DNA of 39,953 nt from IMG/VR virus record IMGVR_UViG_2563366923_000006; one strand, 5' to 3'. Position 1 is the first letter of the stretch, and every line of letters starts with the position of its first letter. A program made the translations under genes and the position numbers. This DNA comes from a virus (taxonomy: Duplodnaviria > Heunggongvirae > Uroviricota > Caudoviricetes). The notes beneath the pieces were generated by a model. It saw only the letters and a program-made list of their open reading frames with translations, ran no database searches and was not told the DNA's origin. This document shows, piece after piece, positions 1 to 8,502 of the stretch.

Positions 1-462
1 ATGCTGGGTGATTGTTTCCCTCCTGATTTTAAGGCTAATTTTAGTCGTGAAAGAGGTATATCACCCGGTGATGTATTGTATCTTCATTGTGATTTTACGA
101 CCCCACCTAAAGTAAAATATATGGTGGTTGTTTGCTGTGAACCTCTTTTAGTTCTTCTAATAAATTCAGATATAAATGAATTTATTAAGAGAAACAATGA
201 TCTTATGGCTTGTCAGGTCGAAATTAATAGAGAGGACCATGATTTTCTTAAATGGGACTCATTTGTTAATTGCATTGAGGCTCATGCTGCTTTCGATCTT
301 GAAATTATTAAAGAGAAAATAGCCATCCAATATGGCGACGTGCTAAAAGGTCGCATTACAGATCATTGTATGAGACAAGTTCGATGTGCAGTTGAGATAT
401 CTAAAATCATGGTTAAACGGCATAAAAAACTGATACTCGCTGCTCTTCAACATTATGAATAA
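1..462 (+). CDS. Hypothetical protein, AT-rich; may be 5'-truncated by window edge
   Basis: 153-aa ORF beginning at window position 1; no recognisable family; convergent with the minus-strand operon to its right. Confidence 0.3.
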   Translation: MLGDCFPPDFKANFSRERGISPGDVLYLHCDFTTPPKVKYMVVVCCEPLLVLLINSDINEFIKRNNDLMACQVEINREDHDFLKWDSFVNCIEAHAAFDLEIIKEKIAIQYGDVLKGRITDHCMRQVRCAVEISKIMVKRHKKLILAALQHYE

Positions 463-483
463 ACCCACCTTCGGATGGGTTTA
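462..483. terminator. Hairpin between convergent genes (aaaccca-N-tgggttt with ttcg-type loop)
   Basis: Inverted repeat read directly; no strong T-run on either side, so terminator function is uncertain. Confidence 0.3.
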
Positions 484-495
484 TTCATATTCTAT

Positions 496-768
496 TTAAA
501 TGAGCCTTTGTTTATGGGTTCTGACCCTTTCCCACTCAGCACGCCCTTCTTCTCGCCTTTTGTCTATGTATTCCGCAAGATCCTGAATATTGATGCAACG
601 TTTTGCTTTTTGTGATGTGCCGATGCGATATGTTGGAACGGGCAACTTACAAGCGTTTGCTTTTGCTTCTGCCGTGGCTGGACTCATACCAAAGTATTTT
701 TGACTAACTGCTGAGAGTTCAATGTTTAGGGTATTGAATTCAGCCATCAGTAAAAACAAGGTATTCAT
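496..768 (-). CDS. PrtN-like (pyocin-activator family) small phage regulatory protein
   Basis: 90 aa; N-terminal MNTLFLLMAEF and overall pattern recalled as PrtN-family; GGAG 7 nt upstream of ATG. Confidence 0.5.
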   Translation of the reverse strand: MNTLFLLMAEFNTLNIELSAVSQKYFGMSPATAEAKANACKLPVPTYRIGTSQKAKRCINIQDLAEYIDKRREEGRAEWERVRTHKQRLI

Positions 769-804
769 ATCATTTCTCCATCATAACCGGCTGCACCCGG
801 TGAG

Positions 805-1620
805 TTACTTATTCATTTCAATAATATTATTTTCTATCATTGATTTATTTAAAACCAAAGAAGGAGCAAGATGGTTGTCTATTTTAAATAATGCATAACT
901 TTTAAACCGTTGGTGATATCCGTAACCAATAAGGATGCTAGAAAAATCTCTTAATTTATCTTCTTTAAGAACATGAAAATGAAATGGGTTGTCGCCATTT
1001 ATGGACAATGAAGCATCTATTATGCAGTATTTCTCTCCGTTGTCATTTGCATAGAAAAAAATATAAGACATTCTGTTTGTTAAGACAATGCCATTAAATT
1101 TTATTATGTCTGGAATTATTTTGTTTTTCATATTTGGTGCCACATGTTTATTTTCAGAAATACATTTGATTTCATCTCCAGATGTCGTGATTATATAAAA
1201 ATGAAACTTATCAGAAATATCTAACTTAACTACGCCATCATTATTATAAAGGCTGCTAAATTTTGGTAGTTCAACTTTTAAAGAATCATAGTTCTTTAGA
1301 AGAAGAGGGGAGTCAAATTTAATAACTTGTAGTATCCCTTTCCCTTCAACCTCCATATTGATTGAAGATATAGCAATTGCATTATCTCTTTTATTAGTCA
1401 GGATTATGGTTGATATATGCATGTCATATATTTTACTTACATTTGCTGAATACGATACTGTCACCTTTTTTGATATTTTTTGTACGCCAAAATATATAGT
1501 GAAGCCTGCGGCAAAAATAGATAAGAATTTAATGTCAAATAAGGACCATAACCACATTAGTTGCTCAATTGCTTCAGAGTTAATCATTTGCTTTACCATT
1601 ATCGCTGTAATACAACACAT
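805..1620 (-). CDS. Hypothetical membrane-anchored protein, strongly AT-rich; start uncertain (1638 TTG, or 1620/1599/1587 ATG)
   Basis: Long ORF with hydrophobic N-terminal segment (LMWLWSLFDIKFLSIFAAGFTIYFGV); no clear SD at any candidate start. Confidence 0.5.
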   Translation of the reverse strand: MCCITAIMVKQMINSEAIEQLMWLWSLFDIKFLSIFAAGFTIYFGVQKISKKVTVSYSANVSKIYDMHISTIILTNKRDNAIAISSINMEVEGKGILQVIKFDSPLLLKNYDSLKVELPKFSSLYNNDGVVKLDISDKFHFYIITTSGDEIKCISENKHVAPNMKNKIIPDIIKFNGIVLTNRMSYIFFYANDNGEKYCIIDASLSINGDNPFHFHVLKEDKLRDFSSILIGYGYHQRFKSYALFKIDNHLAPSLVLNKSMIENNIIEMNK

Positions 1621-1775
1621 GTGCGTATATATACGCAATGCAATTATTTTGCAAGTGCTTCATTTACTATCAATAGCTACGTCACGTTATCGTTTAATGG
1701 TTCTTTATAGGGGCGGCAATAGTTAAAATTATCGCTTCCGTAAACGCCCCCGCAGGGGCATTTGCAGTAATGAAA

Positions 1776-2600
1776 TCAGGCGGTGAAAGTACCAATAAAG
1801 GTTTCTACTTTGCTGTCTTTGAATTTTTCAACAAGCAGATCACGAAATTCGTTAGCCATTTCTTCCTGCACTGCTTCCAGCTGAATAATGCGCAGAACCA
1901 GTACAGGGCGATCACCAGTGATAATGCTGAGTCGTAATTTAAATGGACGTTCTTTCAGGCCTTCAAACGGAACGCATTTAAATTCAAATGCCACTGGCAT
2001 AATGTCTTTGGTCTTCGCTTCGACAGACTCCATCAGGGAGCGTTTGCCGCTGAAGTCATTGTCTTCAAAATCAGCAGTCTGGTTCGCTTCAATTGTGATT
2101 TTACGGACCGCCGCAGCCGCTTTTGTTGCCTGAATAGCGTCACCATTAGCATCAAAGCCCACAAGGTAGTCGGCCCAGTCTTCAATCCATTCTGCCAGTG
2201 ACTTCTGGGAGTTACGCTCGCCGTTAACAGACAACAGGGCAGAGAACGGTGCTGTCTTTTTCAGTTTGAGAGTGGCGGTGTTATCTGCGTGACCTGGTTC
2301 ATCAATAGTACCCAGGTTAAGCACACTGACTGCTCGCATATTATCGGCATCGATAAAGCAGCGGGTGCCTTCATCTGCAAGATCTTTAGAATAACGGGTA
2401 AAGTCATCGATGCTGGCAGTGGAAAGCGCACCACGGAAACGGAAGCGATTTAAATTAAATTTTTCCAGATCATGAATGCGGAAATTCTCAGGCAATGCCA
2501 CAGCATCGGCACCAATCTTACTGATAATTTCATTAACACCCTGAGCAGAAATAAGGGCATGGATTTGATTAATTGCGGTTGCGTCTAAGTTCTGAGACAT
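1776..2600 (-). CDS. YfdQ-like (DUF2303) phage protein
   Basis: 274 aa, same length and character as the CPS-53 prophage protein YfdQ (recalled); GAGGA SD 8 nt upstream. Confidence 0.7.
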   Translation of the reverse strand: MSQNLDATAINQIHALISAQGVNEIISKIGADAVALPENFRIHDLEKFNLNRFRFRGALSTASIDDFTRYSKDLADEGTRCFIDADNMRAVSVLNLGTIDEPGHADNTATLKLKKTAPFSALLSVNGERNSQKSLAEWIEDWADYLVGFDANGDAIQATKAAAAVRKITIEANQTADFEDNDFSGKRSLMESVEAKTKDIMPVAFEFKCVPFEGLKERPFKLRLSIITGDRPVLVLRIIQLEAVQEEMANEFRDLLVEKFKDSKVETFIGTFTA

Positions 2601-2665
2601 AATAAGTCCTCACTATATTAAGATATTCAGTGATGAGATAAATAATCAGTTAATTAAGAACGATA

Positions 2666-3028
2666 TTAATGACCTGCTGCGCGGAGTTTTCCGTCAGGCT
2701 CACCGGCAAGAGTCAGTAATTGTCCCTGGTCTTCCTGCAGAATAGTCAGGCGACCACCGCGATTGACATACATCGGCGTTTCGGTGGTGTCTTCTTCGGA
2801 AATTTTCCCGCGGTTAGTCGGGCGAACATATGAGAGTTTGTGTTTGATTTTCACACGGTTCTCATCAAACGGTTCGATTTCCAGGTTGAGCGAGACCTTA
2901 CCTTTGGTTTTCGTGTTCATCACACCGGAAGCGACTTCACTGAGAACTGCGCCGATTTTGGTTTCAAATACGCCGCCGTCCAGCTCCCCGATAAATGCCT
3001 GCACATCAGTACTGCGTTCGCTAGCCAT
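2666..3028 (-). CDS. Hypothetical phage early protein (start at MASERS, not the longer tracked ORF)
   Basis: GAGGAG SD 6 nt upstream of ATG at 3028; protein-like composition. Confidence 0.6.
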   Translation of the reverse strand: MASERSTDVQAFIGELDGGVFETKIGAVLSEVASGVMNTKTKGKVSLNLEIEPFDENRVKIKHKLSYVRPTNRGKISEEDTTETPMYVNRGGRLTILQEDQGQLLTLAGEPDGKLRAAGH

Positions 3029-3075
3029 TTGCTGCTCCTCATCATATCGACCCTGCAAGGTCGGTTGGTTTCTCC

Positions 3076-3208
3076 ACAAAACAGAGAAGAACACCTGCGG
3101 TGACTGCCGCCCGGATGGATTGGGTTATGAGCCCGTCGTCCGGTGATGCTCTTCTCTGTTTTGTAAAAAGGACGGTACCAGCCGGAAGCAAGGGTACAAG
3201 CTGGTACC
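3076..3208. other. Structured noncoding region: perfect 15-bp inverted repeat (3076-3090 / 3150-3164) plus 9-bp stem (3174-3182 / 3200-3208)
   Basis: Inverted repeats read directly; only junk-like ORFs across 3029-3464. Confidence 0.4.
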
Positions 3209-3464
3209 GCCAAGACTACACACAGCATAAAGTTGTGGTGCCGGGTGCCTCCCGGTGCCTGGCGAAGGTTGCACACCAGGCGGGTGGGTATCCACAGAAG
3301 GTCGACTGTCAGCCTCAACCTTAACCCGCGTGCGCTGAGCCGCATTCACCACAACGCTAAGGATTCTCTCTGGTTGAAAATACTTAGCTGTTATGTGCCT
3401 GTCTTTTCACCACTTCAGGCTCGGTGGTATCCTTTTAAGCCCGTATACATAAAAGGAAAATCAA

Positions 3465-3710
3465 ATGACTTTTGATGAAAAAGAACTTGATAATGCAATT
3501 AATAAAATCATCGTAACGTCGCTCTTTTCCTGTCTCAGCGACACTCAGCAGAAACAGTTCTACGAATCGGCTTTCAACATGATCGAGCGTTGTTGTTTCT
3601 GCGATGCCGACGAGTTACCTGAAAAAATCAGGAAACAGTTGGCTGATGCTCTTCGAGTGCGACTTTCTGACCAATTTTCTGAAATGTGCTCTCCGAATTT
3701 GGACAAATAG
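3465..3710 (+). CDS. Hypothetical small protein
   Basis: 81 aa; AAGGAAAA upstream of ATG; overlaps the 3' end of a convergent minus-strand ORF. Confidence 0.35.
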   Translation: MTFDEKELDNAINKIIVTSLFSCLSDTQQKQFYESAFNMIERCCFCDADELPEKIRKQLADALRVRLSDQFSEMCSPNLDK

Positions 3711-3903
3711 AAAAAGGCCATTTCCATTCAGGGTCTGATGGAAATACTTCAGCCTGTTCCAAAGCACGGCGTAAAGAGAATACACCTCCAGCCATAATCT
3801 GATGTTTCCCATTGGTCCAGCTATCGCCGCTCTGATCTACAGGAGCGGCTATGTCGTATGACCAAACGACTTCACCACTATTGTTTAAAATCTGGACTTT
3901 CAT
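3628..3903 (-). CDS. Hypothetical small protein, second gene of early-left operon
   Basis: 91 aa; 8 bp downstream of the zinc-finger gene; GGAGG upstream. Confidence 0.4.
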   Translation of the reverse strand: MKVQILNNSGEVVWSYDIAAPVDQSGDSWTNGKHQIMAGGVFSLRRALEQAEVFPSDPEWKWPFSICPNSESTFQKIGQKVALEEHQPTVS

Positions 3904-3911
3904 TTTGTTCT

Positions 3912-4115
3912 TTAACCTCCAGATTTCCGCGCATCTAAAGGCGCATTCTCATTTGGTGTGAACTGAATAGTTGTGCTGATATTGATTAATGCCCCGACAC
4001 ACAAGACTACGCACTCAGAGCAGATAGCAACTTCATCTTTTCCGCCTTTGGCGATGATTTTTTTTGCCTGCAGCTCGTTTGCGCCACAAAACGAGCATGT
4101 GAAATAACGGTTCAT
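3912..4115 (-). CDS. Small ClpX-type zinc-finger protein (C4), first gene after the PL-like promoter
   Basis: CSFCG...CSEC motif closely matches the ClpX N-terminal zinc-binding domain signature (recalled). Confidence 0.5.
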   Translation of the reverse strand: MNRYFTCSFCGANELQAKKIIAKGGKDEVAICSECVVLCVGALINISTTIQFTPNENAPLDARKSGG

Positions 4116-4299
4116 TTGCGCTCTCTTACACATAGTATTTAACGAATCATCCGGTCATTCATACGCCACCGGCGGCTACTTCGTGTTCGTCCTGACTGTT
4201 CGTTTTTGACATTTACTGACCGCTTACGACACATGCACCATGCACCGTGTTGCAACTAGATTTTGTTGTAATCCTGTAGTTGGTCTGGAACAAAAGATA

Positions 4300-4350
4300 A
4301 AATTAAAATGCGATATACGCAAGTAATATTTTGCGAGATGTGCAAAATTA
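4300..4350. promoter_or_regulatory. OL/PL-like operator-promoter region (TGCGATATACGCA and TTGCGAGATGTGCAA elements)
   Basis: TTGCG/CGCAA half-site motifs shared with the cI-cro intergenic region. Confidence 0.4.
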
Positions 4351-4356
4351 TGGGTG

Positions 4357-4380
4357 ATAAAAAGCCACCTTTCGGTGGCC
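4357..4380 (-). terminator. Rho-independent terminator downstream of the repressor gene
   Basis: On the minus strand: GCCACC-GAAA-GGTGGC hairpin followed by TTTTT. Confidence 0.55.
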
Positions 4381-4399
4381 GATGGATGGGATATTGAAG

Positions 4400-5092
4400 T
4401 TAATTATGTCTCTTAAGGGTTTGCGACTGACTGATTAAGACCTTTCCAAAGACCATGAATCGGTGTTCGTTTTCGCTAGTAATTCCCCATTCACGGTAAA
4501 TCTGGTTATCAGAAATCACCAGCAGTTTGTCAGGAATCATTTGAAGTCTTTTAACGTATATTTTGTCATCAAAACCAAAGACATATATACCATCACCATC
4601 AAACTGATTGATGCTGACATCAACGAAGATGAGATCTCCTGGCTCAATGGTTGGACACATACTGTCCCCACGAACGTTGATAACTTTGATGTGATTGGCT
4701 GGTCGTCCGCCGAACATTGATACAGCATTATCAGTTCTGTATTCGATGGCATGAATCACATCAATGACATCACCGCCCTGGATAAGGCCATTTCCCGCAC
4801 TGGCACTGATATCCAACATTTCAATACGGAACACATCCTTCACCTGCGCAACATCCTCATCATTACTGTTTTTATATACAGTATTACTTTTGAGGGCAGA
4901 GGTAAAGAGATCAGCAATATCAACACCTAAGCTCTTGGCAATATTACTCAGTGTTTGTTCGGTAAATTGTTTCTGCTTACCCGTTTCTAAGCGCGAGATG
5001 TTCGCCGCATCTACTCCTATTGCTTCAGCGAGATCGGCGATTTTCATGTTCTTCGCTTGGCGAAGTTGTCTGACTCGTTTTCCTATGTTCAT
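4400..5092 (-). CDS. cI: CI-like phage repressor (XRE HTH + S24 LexA-like peptidase domain)
   Basis: N-terminal HTH; C-terminal S24-type domain; divergent from a Cro-like gene. Confidence 0.85.
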   Translation of the reverse strand: MNIGKRVRQLRQAKNMKIADLAEAIGVDAANISRLETGKQKQFTEQTLSNIAKSLGVDIADLFTSALKSNTVYKNSNDEDVAQVKDVFRIEMLDISASAGNGLIQGGDVIDVIHAIEYRTDNAVSMFGGRPANHIKVINVRGDSMCPTIEPGDLIFVDVSINQFDGDGIYVFGFDDKIYVKRLQMIPDKLLVISDNQIYREWGITSENEHRFMVFGKVLISQSQTLKRHN

Positions 5093-5189
5093 GCGTTTAT
5101 TACATTTCTTTATTGCGTGATAAGCAAATCAACTTGCGCAAAATACTTGCGTGAAATAACATGCATAACGCGCAATATTTGGAGGATAT
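5093..5189. promoter_or_regulatory. OR-like operator/promoter region between repressor and cro-like genes
   Basis: Repeated TTGCG(T/C) and CGCAA half-sites at 5113-5127, 5134-5141, 5148-5155, 5168-5175. Confidence 0.55.
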
Positions 5190-5450
5190 ATGCAATCACC
5201 ATTACGAAATGTGCGTAAGGCGCATGGTTTCACTTTGCAGCATGTTGCTGCGGGTGTTCAAGTCAATCCAGCGACGTTGAGTCGTATTGAGAGGCTGGAG
5301 CAGATTCCATCTATCGAGCTTGCAGAACGTTTAGCCAATTTTTTTAAGGGTGAAATCAGCGAAATGCAGATTCTTTATCCGGCACGTTTTCAATCTAGCC
5401 AAAACCAGAATGGGTTTAAACCACAGGAACAGGAGGTGAACCGTGGGTAA
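5190..5450 (+). CDS. Cro-like HTH regulator
   Basis: 86 aa XRE-type HTH; divergent from repressor; GGAGG SD. Confidence 0.7.
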   Translation: MQSPLRNVRKAHGFTLQHVAAGVQVNPATLSRIERLEQIPSIELAERLANFFKGEISEMQILYPARFQSSQNQNGFKPQEQEVNRG

Positions 5451-5994
5451 GCATCACTGGAAAATAGAAAAACAGCCTGAGTGGTACGTGAAAGCTGTCA
5501 GAAAAACTATCGCGGCGTTGCCGGGTGGTTACGCTGAAGCGGCTGATTGGCTCGATGTAACAGAAAACGCTTTATTCAACCGCCTTCGTGCAGATGGCGA
5601 TCAGATTTTCCCGCTGGGATGGGCAATGGTTTTACAGCGTGCTGGTGGCACTCACTTCATTGCTGATGCTGTGGCGCAGTCTGCAAATGGCGTATTTGTG
5701 TCTCTTCCTGACATCGAGGATGTGGACAACGCCGATATCAACCAACGCCTGCTGGAGGTCATTGAACAGATCGGCAGTTATTCAAAACAGATTCGTTCAG
5801 CAATTGAAGACGGTGTAGTGGAACCGCATGAGAAGACAGCAATTAACGATGAGCTGTACCTCTCAATTTCGAAGCTGCAGGAGCATGCAGCACTGGTCTA
5901 CAAAATCTTTTGCGTTTCAGAAAGTAGTGACGCCCGCGAGTGTGCAGCTCCGGGCGCCGTGGCGTGTCGTGACTGTGGAGAAACTAACGCATGA
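5443..5994 (+). CDS. CII-like phage regulatory protein (tentative), GTG start
   Basis: Position after cro; AGGAGG 6 nt upstream of GTG; family resemblance is from memory. Confidence 0.5.
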   Translation: MGKHHWKIEKQPEWYVKAVRKTIAALPGGYAEAADWLDVTENALFNRLRADGDQIFPLGWAMVLQRAGGTHFIADAVAQSANGVFVSLPDIEDVDNADINQRLLEVIEQIGSYSKQIRSAIEDGVVEPHEKTAINDELYLSISKLQEHAALVYKIFCVSESSDARECAAPGAVACRDCGETNA

Positions 5995-6329
5995 ACAGTT
6001 TAACAACACACTACCGTCGCTCGCAACTGATTGCGCTTCCTGTACCGGGTGGAAAAGCGAAGGTGGAGTATTGCTATGCAGTAAATGTACCAGGTGACAG
6101 GGTAATTGTAACCCACAGCTTTGCAGAGTGGGCTGTGGGTGATTTCAACCGGCAAAAGGAGACAGTCCTTTGCGACAAGTTAACCGCTGGTTCAAAGATC
6201 ACTACGGAGTGCCCGTCAGAGTCATTCGTTGGGAGCCGGAAACACAACGGGTTATCTACCTCCGCGAAGGCTATGAGTATGAGTGCTTCAGCCCGCTCGA
6301 ACAGTTTCGTCGTAAATTCAGGGAAATAG
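5991..6329 (+). CDS. Small ORF after cII-like gene; only the first ~60 codons look protein-like (tracked 112-aa ORF is probably over-extended)
   Basis: 3' half translates to S/A-rich junk while an alternate frame looks coding. Confidence 0.3.
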   Translation: MNSLTTHYRRSQLIALPVPGGKAKVEYCYAVNVPGDRVIVTHSFAEWAVGDFNRQKETVLCDKLTAGSKITTECPSESFVGSRKHNGLSTSAKAMSMSASARSNSFVVNSGK

Positions 6330-6349
6330 AGGTCGGTCATGAGCACTAA
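6170..6349 (+). CDS. Small protein (59 aa) from TTG start in alternate frame; may be the frameshifted 3' part of the preceding ORF
   Basis: AAAGGAG 7 nt upstream of TTG; protein-like translation ending [16 protein letters not shown]. Confidence 0.35.
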   Translation: MRQVNRWFKDHYGVPVRVIRWEPETQRVIYLREGYEYECFSPLEQFRRKFREIEVGHEH

Positions 6350-7280
6350 ATTAACCGGCTATGTATGGGATGGTTGCGCAGCGTCAGGCATGAAATTATC
6401 CAGCGTGGCAATTATGGCCCGCCTGGCTGATTTCAGTAATGACGAAGGTGTGTGCTGGCCATCAATTGAAACCATTGCCCGCCAGATTGGCGCGGGGATG
6501 AGTACCGTCAGAACGGCTATCGCACGGCTGGAAGCAGAAGGCTGGTTAACGCGTAAGGCGCGTCGCCAGGGTAACCGCAATGCGTCGAATGTTTATCAGC
6601 TTAACGTTGCGAAGCTTCAGGCAGCGGCATTTTCTCAACTGTCAGATTCTGACCCGTCAAAATCTGACGCATCAAAATCTGACCCGTCAAAATTTGATGC
6701 GTCGAAATCTGGCAAAAAAGCGGGTTTTCACCCGTCAGAATCTGGCGGGGATCCGTCAGTAAAATCAAAACATGATCCGTCAGATAAAAAACCTTCTCGT
6801 CCGGACGCTTCGCAACCGGACACGCAGACGGATGAACAGGATTTTTTAACTCGCCATCCTGATGCGGTTGTATTCAGCCCTAAAAAGCGCCAGTGGGGAA
6901 CGCAGGATGATTTGACCTGCGCACAGTGGCTCTGGAAAAAAATCATCGCCCTGTACGAGCAGGCTGCCGAATGTGACGGCGAGGTGGTTCGTCCCAAAGA
7001 ACCGAACTGGACAGCCTGGGCAAACGAAATTCGCCTGATGTGTGTGCAGGATGGTCGTACTCACAAACAAATCTGCGAGATGTACAGCCGCGTCAGCCGC
7101 GATCCGTTCTGGTGCCGTAACGTGCTCAGCCCGTCGAAGCTGCGGGAAAAATGGGATGAGCTTTCCCTGCGCTTATCGCCGTCCGTCAGCACATACACAG
7201 AAAAACGTGAAGATCCGTACTTCAAATCCAGTTACGACAACGTGGACTACAGCCAGATCCCGGCAGGATTCAGGGGGTGA
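6339..7280 (+). CDS. Replication initiator, O-like (N-terminal winged-helix HTH, DnaT-like C-terminal region)
   Basis: Position after cII; N-terminal HTH pattern; contains internal iteron-like repeats. Confidence 0.7.
   Translation: MSTKLTGYVWDGCAASGMKLSSVAIMARLADFSNDEGVCWPSIETIARQIGAGMSTVRTAIARLEAEGWLTRKARRQGNRNASNVYQLNVAKLQAAAFSQLSDSDPSKSDASKSDPSKFDASKSGKKAGFHPSESGGDPSVKSKHDPSDKKPSRPDASQPDTQTDEQDFLTRHPDAVVFSPKKRQWGTQDDLTCAQWLWKKIIALYEQAAECDGEVVRPKEPNWTAWANEIRLMCVQDGRTHKQICEMYSRVSRDPFWCRNVLSPSKLREKWDELSLRLSPSVSTYTEKREDPYFKSSYDNVDYSQIPAGFRG
6645..6790. repeat. Iteron-like direct repeats (C(C/G)RTCRAAATCTG units, ~7 copies) inside the O-like gene; putative origin
   Basis: Copies at about 6653, 6669, 6683, 6699, 6730, 6754, 6776; followed by an A-rich stretch. 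Confidence 0.55.
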
Positions 7281-7771
7281 TCATGAGTCTTTTGAATGAA
7301 GTTCAGAAATTCATTAAAGCCCATCCGGGGTGTACTTCCGGAGACATTGCGGATGCTTTTGCAGGTTACTCACGGCAGCGCGTTCTGCAGTCAGCAAGCA
7401 AGTTACGTCAGAGTGGGCGTGTGGCTCACCGTTGTGAAGGAGATACACGCAGACATTTCTCGCGCCTGACTGAGAGAGCGCAGGAGCCGGAACCACAACC
7501 AGTTCGTGAAACCAGACCTGTGCGCAAGTTCTATGTCGGCACTAACGACCCCCGGGTGATTTTGTGCCTGACCCGCCAGGCTGAAGAACTGGAGTCCAGG
7601 GGCTTATACCGTCGTGCTGCAACGGTGTGGATGGCGGCATTCCGTGAAAGCCATTCCCAGCCAGAACGAAACAATTTTCTGGCGCGTCGTGAGCAGTGTT
7701 TACGGAAAAGCAGCAAGCGCGCTGTATCGAGTGATGAGTGGTATCTGTCAGGGAATTACGTGGGGGCGTAA
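7277..7771 (+). CDS. Hypothetical phage protein, possibly regulatory
   Basis: 164-aa ORF translationally coupled to neighbours. Confidence 0.5.
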   Translation: MIMSLLNEVQKFIKAHPGCTSGDIADAFAGYSRQRVLQSASKLRQSGRVAHRCEGDTRRHFSRLTERAQEPEPQPVRETRPVRKFYVGTNDPRVILCLTRQAEELESRGLYRRAATVWMAAFRESHSQPERNNFLARREQCLRKSSKRAVSSDEWYLSGNYVGA

Positions 7772-8097
7772 TGACGACGTTAACTCAATGCCAGCAGCAG
7801 GTGCTGGATATGCTGATTTCTTACCAGAAAGAACGTGGCTTCCCGCCAACCAATCAGGAGGTGGCAACCATGCTGGGATACCGTTCGGTGAATGCAGCGG
7901 TGGAGCATCTTCGAGCACTGGAGAAAAAAGGCGTCATCACGATAAAGCGTGGCGTGGCCCGGGGGATAACGCTTCATACCGCGATGAAGGACGACGACAG
8001 CGAGGCGGTCGGGATTATCCGCGCACTGCTTGCCGGTGAGGAAAACAGCAGGCTGCGTGCAGCCCACTGGTTACATGAGAGGGGCCTGAAAGTATGA
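7771..8097 (+). CDS. LexA N-terminal DNA-binding-domain-like protein without peptidase domain
   Basis: MTTLTQCQQQVLDMLISYQKERGFPPTNQEVATMLGYRSVNAAVEHLRALEKKGVI resembles the LexA winged-helix domain; TAATG coupling. Confidence 0.6.
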   Translation: MTTLTQCQQQVLDMLISYQKERGFPPTNQEVATMLGYRSVNAAVEHLRALEKKGVITIKRGVARGITLHTAMKDDDSEAVGIIRALLAGEENSRLRAAHWLHERGLKV

Positions 8098-8483
8098 AGC
8101 TGATTCTGCCTTTTCCGCCCAGTGTGAACACGTACTGGCGACACCCCAACAAAGGGGCATTTGCTGGTAAGAGCCTGATAAGCGAGGCGGGGCGAAAATT
8201 TCAGAGCGCGGCGTGTGCCGCCATCATTGAGCAGTTACGTCGTCTGCCGAAACCAACGTCGGCACCTGCTTCAGTGGAGATCGTGTTGTTTCCTCCGGAT
8301 AACCGGATCCGCGATCTGGACAACTATAACAAGGCGCTGTTTGACGCCCTGACCCACGCGGGTGTGTGGGAAGACGACAGTCAGGTGAAAAGAATGCTGG
8401 TTGAGTGGGGACCGGTTATCCCGGGAGGGAAGGTCGAGATCACTATCAGTAAGTACGAGAAAACGGCGGGTGCAGCCGCCTGA
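8094..8483 (+). CDS. rusA: RusA Holliday-junction resolvase
   Basis: LPFPPSVNTYWRH ... RDLDNYNKALFDALT motifs typical of RusA. Confidence 0.85.
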   Translation: MKLILPFPPSVNTYWRHPNKGAFAGKSLISEAGRKFQSAACAAIIEQLRRLPKPTSAPASVEIVLFPPDNRIRDLDNYNKALFDALTHAGVWEDDSQVKRMLVEWGPVIPGGKVEITISKYEKTAGAAA

Positions 8484-8502
8484 TCAAGAGGAGAAACGAA
8501 GT

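Noticed and set aside
2763-3345. Several tracked ORFs across the 3029-3464 region
   Set aside because: Translations are Arg/Ser/Pro-rich junk with no SD; treated as noncoding.
4134-4150. boxA-like sequence CGCTCTCTTACACAT resembling lambda nut boxA
   Set aside because: It is on the plus strand whereas the early-left transcript is minus-strand, and it overlaps the start codons of the zinc-finger gene; likely coincidental.
6580-6762. Tracked 60-aa ORF with repetitive LTRQNL peptide
   Set aside because: It is an alternate-frame reading of the iteron repeats inside the O-like gene, not an independent gene.
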